This document shows positions 53,023 through 64,000 of a DNA stretch of 64,000 nucleotides, piece by piece. Position 1 is the stretch's first letter. Every line of letters begins with the position of its first letter. Location: contig JBBQSO010000022.1 of the NCBI GenBank assembly GCA_038213805.1, positions 1 through 64,000 on the forward strand, read 5' to 3'. The notes under the pieces were generated by a model. That model was not told where the DNA came from, did no database searches, and was given only the letters and a program-made list of their open reading frames with translations. Origin of the DNA: Planctomycetota bacterium. GTDB taxonomy: Bacteria; Planctomycetota; UBA11346. The position numbers were made by a program, and so were the translations under genes.

Positions 53023-55644
53023 ATGACGTCGAAGTACGATCGCCCGTCCGTCAACCTCTTCGACCTCGCTGGCATGGTTCAATCCATAACCTCGCAGCGG
53101 CGCAGCGGGGTTATGACGGCGCGTTACGGCAAGGAGTCGAAGGAGGAACGCACCCTGCGCTTCGTCAACGGCAACCTGGTCGCGCTCAGCGGCGGCCTGA
53201 GCTCGACCTTCGCCAAGGCGTTGGTGTGGTCGGAGGTGGTCTCGCCCGAGCAGCTCTCGGCCTGCCTGGCCACGCTCGGCAAGAGCTTCCGCCCCGAGCA
53301 CCTCGCCCAGACGGTAGTCGCTCGCAACATCGCCAATAAAGACGGCCTGCTCGACGCGATGGACTGCTACGTTGAGGAAGGCTTCTCCGAACTGGTCAGC
53401 ATCGCCGATCCGCGTCTGTCCTTCACCATGGACGTGCCGGCCGACCCGTGGGCCGACCTCCAGGTGGCGATGGGCGTCTCGGTCAGCCCCGGCTCGCTGC
53501 TGCTCGAGGCGCTGCGCCGCCAGGACGAGCTCAAGACCATCGCCCAACACGTGCCCGATACCTGGGACGTGCTGGTGCTCGACGCCGGCCTGTCCATCCC
53601 CTCCGACCTGCACCCCGATGCGGTGCGCATCCTCGCCGGCTGGCGCGACGGCCTGATCGCCGGCAGCCTGTTCGAGCGATCGCTGTTGCCGCCGTTCCGC
53701 TCGACCACGGCGCTCGCGCTGTTGCGCCGCCTTGGCCTGGTGCGCCCGGCGACGCCCGCCGAACTGGTGGTCTACGCCGACGCCGCGCACGCGCACGGCC
53801 GCCACAAGGATGCCTACGGCCTTTACCGCCGCGCCCTGGCGGTCGGCGTCGACAGCCCGCGCATTCACCTGCACCTCGCCGAGCTCGCCGAACGCTTCGG
53901 CGACAACGCCGCCGCTGCCGATTCCTACATGGCGGCCTGCTCGCACCTCACCGACCCTGGCGGTGCGGTGGTCGCGCTGCGCAGCGCCCTGCGCCTGGGC
54001 ACCAACCGCGAGGCTCCGCTCACCCAGCTGCTCGCCATCTACCGCCAGATGAACGAGTCCGAGGAGGCGATCCGCATCCTCCACGACCTCGCCCAGCTCT
54101 ACGAGGAGAAGTCCGACCTCGACCAGGCCGCCAAGGCGGTGCGGCAGGCGCAGGAACTGGGCGCTGACGCGGTGCATTCGGCGCTCACCCTGGCGCGCCT
54201 TGCCGCCTCGGAAGGCGACCAGGAGCAGGCCGCGCTGCAGCTCGAGCTCGCCGCGCACGCCGCCCAGTACGGCAAGCGCAACACCGAGGCGGTGGCCGCC
54301 TGGAAGGAGCTGCTCGCCATCGTCCCCGGGCGCTGCGAATACGCGCGCGAATGCGCCGAACTGCTCGCCAACCTCGACCAGCCCGACGAGGCCATCGCCA
54401 TCCTGCGCAACAACCTGCTCAACGCGGTTGGCGCCAGCGAGGACGCCCTGGTGCCGGTCTACGAGCTGCTCGCCAAGCTCTCGCCCGGCGACACCAGTGC
54501 GCACGACTGGCTGGCGATGACCTACGAACGCCGCCGCGACCGCGCCGGCGCCACCCAGCAGCTGCACCACATCGCCGCCGCCCAGGAGAAATCCGGCAAC
54601 GACGGGGCCCTGGCCGCGACCCTCGAGCGCATCGTCGAGCTCGGCGGCCCCGACGTGCCGACCCTGCGCCGCCTCGCCGGGGTGCGCGCGCGCCTCGGGC
54701 AGAACGTGCTCGCCGGCGACACCTGGTGCCGCGCGGTCGACGCCGCGCTCGCGGTCGGCCAGATCAAAGAGGCGCGCGCGCTGTGCGAGACCGCGCGCGC
54801 CGCGTGCCCCGCGAGCCTCGCGCTGGGCATCCGCGAGGCGCAGATCGCCAACCGCGACGGCGACCGCATCGCCGCGCAGATCGCCTACCGCGCCGCCGCC
54901 GACCTCGCGCGCGGCTCCGGCGAACTAGCGGTGGCGCGCGACGTACTGATGCAGATCCGCCGCCTGCGCCCCGACGACGCCCTGGTGCGGGTCGAGATCG
55001 CCGAGGTCGCGCAGCGCCTGGGCGATCCCGACCTCGACCGCATCTACCGCGACGTGGTGCACAGCAGCGCGCGCACCACCAACCACGGTCTTGCCCTGGA
55101 GTTCGCGCGCCGCCGCGTGGCGCTGTCGTCCGGCCCCGGCTTCGAAGCGCGCAACGAACTGGTCGAGCTGCTGCGCCGCATGGGCGACCACGCCGGCGAG
55201 CTCAGCGAGGGCCGCGAGCTGCTCAACCAGCTGCTCGAGCACGGCGAGTTCGAGCGCGCCCTCGAACTGCTCCAGCGCCTGGTCGCGAGCAACAGCCGCA
55301 ACGCCGACCTGGTGCTGCAACTCGCCGAGATCTTCGCCGCGCTCAGCGACGAACGCCAGGCGCAGCGCTTCTACCGCCACGCCATCTGCCTGCTGCAGCT
55401 CGAGACCCGCGTCGCCGAGGCCAAGCGCGTGCTCGACGTGCTCGCCGACTTCGCCAGCGACGACGAGGCCATCTCCATCGCCCGCGTCCAGCTCGACAAG
55501 GGCCAGGCCGTCGACTGGGAGTCCATCCGCCTGTCGCTGTCCCAGAACCAACGCCGCCGCCTTGCCGACGAGATCGGCAGCGGCCGGCACGAGATCGGCA
55601 GTTTCAAGGACAGTCCGACGGGGGTGGTGCCGACGATCACGTGA
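53023..55644 (+). CDS. DUF4388-like N-terminal domain plus TPR-repeat protein
   Basis: LFDLAGMVQSI..RRSGVM..LRFVNG..SLLLEALRRQDE, followed by long helical TPR-like repeats. Confidence 0.75.
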   Translation: MTSKYDRPSVNLFDLAGMVQSITSQRRSGVMTARYGKESKEERTLRFVNGNLVALSGGLSSTFAKALVWSEVVSPEQLSACLATLGKSFRPEHLAQTVVARNIANKDGLLDAMDCYVEEGFSELVSIADPRLSFTMDVPADPWADLQVAMGVSVSPGSLLLEALRRQDELKTIAQHVPDTWDVLVLDAGLSIPSDLHPDAVRILAGWRDGLIAGSLFERSLLPPFRSTTALALLRRLGLVRPATPAELVVYADAAHAHGRHKDAYGLYRRALAVGVDSPRIHLHLAELAERFGDNAAAADSYMAACSHLTDPGGAVVALRSALRLGTNREAPLTQLLAIYRQMNESEEAIRILHDLAQLYEEKSDLDQAAKAVRQAQELGADAVHSALTLARLAASEGDQEQAALQLELAAHAAQYGKRNTEAVAAWKELLAIVPGRCEYARECAELLANLDQPDEAIAILRNNLLNAVGASEDALVPVYELLAKLSPGDTSAHDWLAMTYERRRDRAGATQQLHHIAAAQEKSGNDGALAATLERIVELGGPDVPTLRRLAGVRARLGQNVLAGDTWCRAVDAALAVGQIKEARALCETARAACPASLALGIREAQIANRDGDRIAAQIAYRAAADLARGSGELAVARDVLMQIRRLRPDDALVRVEIAEVAQRLGDPDLDRIYRDVVHSSARTTNHGLALEFARRRVALSSGPGFEARNELVELLRRMGDHAGELSEGRELLNQLLEHGEFERALELLQRLVASNSRNADLVLQLAEIFAALSDERQAQRFYRHAICLLQLETRVAEAKRVLDVLADFASDDEAISIARVQLDKGQAVDWESIRLSLSQNQRRRLADEIGSGRHEIGSFKDSPTGVVPTIT

Positions 55645-55663
55645 GGGGGGGGCTGCGGCCCCC

Positions 55664-55810
55664 GGCTGATGGCTGATGGCTGATGGCTGATGGCTGATGG
55701 CTGAGTGATTGTGCGCTCGGCTGCGGTTCGCAACAAACCCGCCACCTATGACGACTGCGGGCACCGACGCGAAACGCGCGGTGCCGGCCATCAGCCATCA
55801 GCCATCAGCC
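55664..55810. repeat. Inverted pair of GGCTGAT 7-mer tandem arrays between convergent genes
   Basis: 5 full GGCTGAT units plus a partial one at 55664-55704; 3 ATCAGCC units at 55790-55810. Confidence 0.9.
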
Positions 55811-55812
55811 GT

Positions 55813-57041
<1,229 letters not shown>

Positions 57042-57045
<4 letters not shown>

Positions 57046-58262
57046 CCCGCCAGCGTGCCGATCAGGACCCGCTCGGCCAGCGCGCGCGCCGCGGGGTTCC
57101 GCATGCGCTCGATGACCGCGTTGGCGAAGCCGCGATTGAGCACCGCCAGTGCCTGCTCAGCGCCCAGCCCGCGGCTGCGCAGGTAGAACAGCTCCTCTGG
57201 ATCCGGCCGGCCGACGGTCGCACCGTGGCTGGCCTTGACGTCGTCGGCGAGGATGTCGAGCTGCGGCCGGCTGTCGACGCGCGCGGTCGGCGCCAACAGC
57301 AGGTTGTGGTTGCGCTGCTGCGCGTCGGTGCCGTCGGCGCCGACGTCGACCGCGACTAGGCCGTCGAAGCTCGCCACCGCGTGCCCGTCGACGATGGTCT
57401 TGAACAACTGGCGGCTGGCGGCGTTGCCGGCGGCGTGGCGCACACGGGTATGCACGTGCGCCTGGCGCTGGCCGGCGAGCTGGAGCAGCCCCGCGAGTTC
57501 GAGCGTGGCGCCCTGCCCGGCAATGACCGCCGCCGTGCGCTGGCGCACCAGGCTGCCGCCCTGCGCGGCGCTGGTCCATGCGACCTGGGCGTCACGCCCC
57601 AGCTCAAGCTGCACGATACTGAAGTGCTGACCCGCCGGCTGCGCGTGCCCGCTGGCCTGCAACTCGTCGACCTGCAACCGGCCGCCAGCGCCGACCTGCG
57701 CCTCGATGGCGATGCTCAGGCGCGCCGGGGCGAGTTCGACGTGGGTGATGACCAGTTCGAGTGCCGCGCCCTGCGCCACCTCGATGACCACGCGGCAGCC
57801 CTGCACACCGCCACTGGCGATCACCAGCAGGTGCAACGGCACGGGCGCATCGCCACGCGCGGCCAGGTGCACGCCACCGGCGCAATCCGCGATGGACCAG
57901 CAGACGGTAGGGTCATCCTCCATCGCCAGTGCCGCCATCCAGCGACCGAGCAGCGCGCTGCGCCGCGCCTCATCAAGCTTCCCCAGCGGTGTGATCGCCA
58001 CGCTGTCGTACCGCGCCGATGCCTCGACCACCTTGCCGTCCACCAGCACCAGCGTCGGCACGCCGGGCAACCGGTGACGGTCGATGTCCGCCGCCGCGAC
58101 CGCCGTGGCCGACGCCGCCCACGTGGTTGGATCGGCCGCGAGCGGCCGCACATCGACGTAGCGCCAGTCCTCCTGCGCGGTCGTCGGCAGGCCCAGCGTC
58201 TGCGCGCGGGCGCGCGCCGCCGTACGTACGGCGATCCAGGGATTCGTCTCCGGCGTCATCAC
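57042..58262 (-). CDS. sufD: Fe-S assembly protein SufD
   Basis: LPT..EDWRY and [27 protein letters not shown]. Confidence 0.92.
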
Positions 58263-59020
58263 GCCCCCGCGGCCTTGACCAGATCGTCGTAGCCCGTGCG
58301 TTCGATCTGCGCGGCCAGTTCCGGCCCGCCGCTGGTGACGATGCGGCCGCCAGCGAGCACGTGCACCACATCCGGGCGCACCAGGTCGAGCAGGCGCTCG
58401 TAGTGGGTGATCAGCACGATCGCGCGGTCGGCGCGGCGGTAGGTGTTGATGCCGGCCGCGACCACGCGCAGCGCGTCGATGTCCAGACCCGAGTCGGTCT
58501 CGTCGAGGATGGCGAGCAGTGGCTCCAACACGACCATCTGCAGGATCTCGTTGCGCTTCTTCTGCCCACCCGACAGCCCGGCATTGAGCTGACGGTCCTT
58601 GAAGGCGGGATCGATCTCGACCGCAGCCATGCGCTCGGCGAGCAGGGGGGCAAACTCCTTGGCGCTGAGCTCGGGCTGACCCTGCGCCTTGCGCTTGGCG
58701 TTCAGCGCCAGGCGCAGGAAGTCGGCGTTGTTCACGCCCGGCACCTCGACCGGGTACTGGAAGCCGATGAAGAGACCCAAGTGCGCGCGCGCCTCCGGCT
58801 CGAGCACCGTCAGGTCGCGGCCCTGGAACTGCAGCGACCCGGAGGTGACCTGGTACGCCGGGTGCCCGGCGATGGTCTTGGTCAGGGTGCTCTTGCCCGA
58901 GCCGTTCGGCCCCATGATGGCATGGACCTCCCCAGCGCGGACGGTCAGGGTCAGCCCCTTGAGGATGGGCTGGTCGTTGGTGGAGACGTGCAGGTCGGTG
59001 ATGGTGAGCATGGGTGTCAT
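58259..59020 (-). CDS. sufC: Fe-S assembly ATPase SufC
   Basis: GPNGSGKST, FQYPVEVPGV, SGGQKKRNEILQ and LDETDSGLDID. Confidence 0.96.
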   Translation of the reverse strand: MTPMLTITDLHVSTNDQPILKGLTLTVRAGEVHAIMGPNGSGKSTLTKTIAGHPAYQVTSGSLQFQGRDLTVLEPEARAHLGLFIGFQYPVEVPGVNNADFLRLALNAKRKAQGQPELSAKEFAPLLAERMAAVEIDPAFKDRQLNAGLSGGQKKRNEILQMVVLEPLLAILDETDSGLDIDALRVVAAGINTYRRADRAIVLITHYERLLDLVRPDVVHVLAGGRIVTSGGPELAAQIERTGYDDLVKAAGA

Positions 59021-59337
59021 TGGATCAGACTGCGGACGTCGAAGTTCTGCCGCTGGTGGATGACGGTCAGGATGAAGACCCGCTTGGCGATGATCGAGTA
59101 GATGATGCGATGGCGTTTGAAGTGGAGGTCCCGGTATGGGTTTTCGGCGACAGGCAGTCCGGCTTCCGGCAACGGATGGCCACGGCGGGGATGTCGCGCA
59201 AGTTTGTCGGTTGTGGTGAAGAGCGCGGAGCAGTACCGATCAGCAGTCATCGGCGCCTCCTCGGCGATCCAGCGGTGGATCCGATCAAGGGAGCGCTCCG
59301 CCTGCCTGGTCCAGATCACCTCTGCTTGCGCCGCCAT
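59017..59337 (-). CDS. RelE/ParE family toxin
   Basis: VIWTRQAERSLDRI..WIAEE..L..HPRRG..YR....HRIIY....VFILTVIHQRQ. Confidence 0.85.
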   Translation of the reverse strand: MAAQAEVIWTRQAERSLDRIHRWIAEEAPMTADRYCSALFTTTDKLARHPRRGHPLPEAGLPVAENPYRDLHFKRHRIIYSIIAKRVFILTVIHQRQNFDVRSLIQ

Positions 59338-59519
59338 TTTGCCTTCAAGCGGCTTTCAACCTCGCTCTGGGTGGAGACCCGCCCTGCGGCGATGTCGGCT
59401 TCGGCCTCCTCGATGGCGGCCCACAACTGGATGCGGTAGACGGCCTCGTCGAGGGTACAGCTCTCCGGCAGGTCGCGGACAACCTTGAGGAGCTTCTTGC
59501 GATCCATCACGGTAGCCAT
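59316..59519 (-). CDS. Putative antitoxin, 67 aa
   Basis: MATVMDRKKLLKVVRDLPESCTLDEAVYRIQLWAAIEEAEADIAAGRVSTQSEV. Small and acidic in its C-terminal half; overlaps the toxin start. It is the C-terminal part of track ORF 59316..60257. Confidence 0.75.
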   Translation of the reverse strand: MATVMDRKKLLKVVRDLPESCTLDEAVYRIQLWAAIEEAEADIAAGRVSTQSEVESRLKAKWRRKQR

Positions 59520-59521
59520 GC

Positions 59522-61777
<2,256 letters not shown>

Positions 61778-62059
61778 GGGCGGTCGCGGTGGGCACCCTA
61801 GGTTCGCACGGGGGGGGCGCAATGGAGGGGCGGGACGATCCCCTACGGATCGCGGGATCCGTGCTGGGATGTGCAGCTCCTCCACACTGCTCCGCCATGC
61901 GCATGGCGAAAGCCCGGTGAAGTTGCCCGGGACGCGCCCACGCCCGCTCACCTCCCATGTTTGCACCTCGGGCGCCTAATCCTTGCCGCCTTGACGGTTA
62001 GTAGGATGCGCAGGCGGCTGGCGGCTTGCTTTCCGCGCGTCCCCCCGTCCGCTGCGCGG

Positions 62060-63442
62060 ATGGCCAACCGTCCCCTGACCTGCGTGGTCTCCGTCTCAGG
62101 CATCCGCGGCATCGTCGGCGAGACCATCGACGTCGACCAGGTGCTCGGACTGGCGGCGGCCTATGGGCGCACCATCGCCGCCGGGGGCACCGTGGTGCTG
62201 GGCCGCGACAGCCGGCCCACCGGCGCGCTGTTCGCCCAGGCCGCGGCCGCGGGCCTGCGCGCAGCCGGATGCCAGGTGGTCGACATCGGCCTGGTCCCCA
62301 CCCCGACCGTGCCGATCATGGTCGGCGCGCTCGGCGCGGCCGGCGGCATCCAGATCTCGGCCAGCCACAACCACGTCGAATGGAATGCGCTCAAGCTGTT
62401 CAGCGCCTCGGGCCGCAACGTCGACCAGGCGCAGCTCGACCGTGTGCTCGCCGCCTACGCCCAGCCGCCCGCCTGGCAGCGCTGGGCCGGCGTCGGTGGC
62501 TACCGCCAGCACGAGGGTGCGCTCGCCGTCCACCGCGACCGCGTGCTCGCCGCGGTCGACGTCGAACTGATCCGCGCCGCCAAGCTCAGCGTGGTCATCG
62601 ACAGCGTCAACGGCGCCGGCAGCGAACTGGGCCCCGACCTGCTCGGCCGCCTCGGCTGCCGGGTCATCCCGCTCTACACCCGTCCCGACCAGGTCTTCCC
62701 GCGCGATCCCGAGCCGAACGCGGCCAACGTCACCGAGACCGGCGCGGTGGTGCGCGCGGTGGGCGCCGACCTCGGCTTCGTCCAGGATCCCGATGCCGAC
62801 CGCCTCGCCATCATCGATGAGGACGGTCGCTACATCGGTGAGGAGTATACCCTGGTGCTGTGTGCCGCCGGTCGGCTGGCCGCCGCCCCCCCCGGCGCCT
62901 GCGTGTGCACCAACCTTTCAACCAGTCGCATGCTTGAGGATGTCGCTGCCCGTAGCGGGGCCCGCGTCGAGCGCTCACGGGTCGGCGAGGCGCACGTGGT
63001 CGACGCCATGCAGCAGCACGGCGCGCTGATCGGCGGCGAAGGCAACGGCGGGGTCATTGATCCACGGGTTGTATGGGGCCGCGACAGCCACATCGGCATG
63101 GCCCTAGTCCTGGAGTATGTCGCTCGACAGAAAATCGCTCTCAGCAAGGTCATTGCCGCCATACCGTCCTATGCCATCCACAAGGAGAAGATCGCCATGG
63201 ACCGCGCCGCGGTCACTGCTGCCATCCCCAGGGTGCGCGCGCACCCACTCGCGCAGGGCGCCACCGTCGACACCCGCGACGGCCTCAAACTGAGCTGGCC
63301 GGACCGCTGGGTCCATCTGCGCGCCTCTGGTACTGAACCGGTCAGCCGAGTGATCGCCGAGGCACCGACCGCGCTGGAAGCCAGCGAAATCGCCGAGCTT
63401 GTCCGTCACGCTGCCGGAGCCACCCTGGCGGCCACTCATTAA
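62060..63442 (+). CDS. Phosphohexomutase (phosphoglucosamine mutase/phosphomannomutase)
   Basis: SGIRG, ISASHN, QDPDADR, GGEGNGG and RASGTEP. Confidence 0.92.
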   Translation: MANRPLTCVVSVSGIRGIVGETIDVDQVLGLAAAYGRTIAAGGTVVLGRDSRPTGALFAQAAAAGLRAAGCQVVDIGLVPTPTVPIMVGALGAAGGIQISASHNHVEWNALKLFSASGRNVDQAQLDRVLAAYAQPPAWQRWAGVGGYRQHEGALAVHRDRVLAAVDVELIRAAKLSVVIDSVNGAGSELGPDLLGRLGCRVIPLYTRPDQVFPRDPEPNAANVTETGAVVRAVGADLGFVQDPDADRLAIIDEDGRYIGEEYTLVLCAAGRLAAAPPGACVCTNLSTSRMLEDVAARSGARVERSRVGEAHVVDAMQQHGALIGGEGNGGVIDPRVVWGRDSHIGMALVLEYVARQKIALSKVIAAIPSYAIHKEKIAMDRAAVTAAIPRVRAHPLAQGATVDTRDGLKLSWPDRWVHLRASGTEPVSRVIAEAPTALEASEIAELVRHAAGATLAATH

Positions 63443-63499
63443 TCGTCCGACATTGCTGTACTGATTGCGTCATATCTCAGCCGCTGGAGCACCAAGGTC

Positions 63500-64000
63500 A
63501 TGAATGCGAGCTTCCCTGGATTCGAAGATGATGAGTCCAAGCCCGCTAAGCCGGTCACCCCGTCGGCCGGACGGGCCCCGGTGAAACCTGCTACGGCAAG
63601 CTTCCAGAAGCCCACCACCCCCAACATCGCCAGACCAGGTGGCGCCGGAGCGACCAAACCCCTGGCCGCCCCCGCCACCGCCCCATCGTTCGCATTCGAG
63701 GACGACGAGCCCCAGAAGCCCGCCTCCGCCGCGCCCAAAACCCCCGCGGCCGCCGCGTTCAACCCCTTCGACCAGCCGGTCTCGGTGCCGATCGGCGGCA
63801 GCGGTACCGGCGTGAAAATGGATCCGCCACCTCCGCCCGCGGCGCGCAAGGCGCCCGCGCCCGCCTCCACCACCAAGGGCGGTGTGGCGACCCCACCGCC
63901 CTCGGCCACTGAACCGGAAGAAGAGATCGAGCTGCGCCCCGGACGCGCCGCCAAGGATCTCTGGATCTGCCCGCACTGCACCACCGGCAACAAGCCCGGA
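63500..64000 (+). CDS. Pro/Ala-rich protein with zinc-ribbon start (3'-truncated)
   Basis: Frame MNASFPGFEDDE.. stays open to the window end and finishes WICPHCTTGNKPG. Not in the ORF track because it has no stop. Confidence 0.7.
   Translation, partial: MNASFPGFEDDESKPAKPVTPSAGRAPVKPATASFQKPTTPNIARPGGAGATKPLAAPATAPSFAFEDDEPQKPASAAPKTPAAAAFNPFDQPVSVPIGGSGTGVKMDPPPPPAARKAPAPASTTKGGVATPPPSATEPEEEIELRPGRAAKDLWICPHCTTGNKPG

Noticed and set aside
13382..55810. Short tandem arrays as a possible CRISPR
   Set aside because: Units are 7-8 bp with no regular unique spacers, and no cas genes are present.
62820..63442. Apparent drop in GC3 in the 3' part of the phosphohexomutase gene
   Set aside because: The frame is intact with conserved motifs; I cannot quantify the shift by eye or link it to recombination.

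Overview
This window is very GC-rich bacterial chromosomal DNA, probably Planctomycetota/PVC. That is inferred from the PVC-type CxxCH heme proteins, a Chlamydia-like NifU-type module and short-tandem inverted repeats. It is mostly housekeeping genes: aroG-greA-pheA, rpmF-plsX, nadD, lepA, ilvD, a nitrite/sulfite reductase, hpf, tsaB-alr, the suf operon and a glmM-like mutase, plus several large secreted or heme proteins. Main points of interest: (1) a ~15.5 kb tightly coupled operon of unknown function (23408-38929). It encodes two paralogous OPT/DUF6785-like membrane proteins, each with a GreA-C-terminal-like insert, plus a PqqD-like protein, two FtsX-type permeases (one fused to a degenerate M28 peptidase), an OPT transporter and an ABC ATPase. 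(2) An unannotated leader peptide, MKTTRYFWFIPTAISD, with terminator and antiterminator in front of DAHP synthase. (3) A degenerate NifU-like module fused to SufB, with a RelE/ParE toxin-antitoxin pair embedded between sufB and sufC. (4) Several families of intergenic inverted repeats, two of which have entered coding sequence. I saw no CRISPR array, rRNA, tRNA or transposase. All family assignments are motif recognition by eye; no database searches were run.
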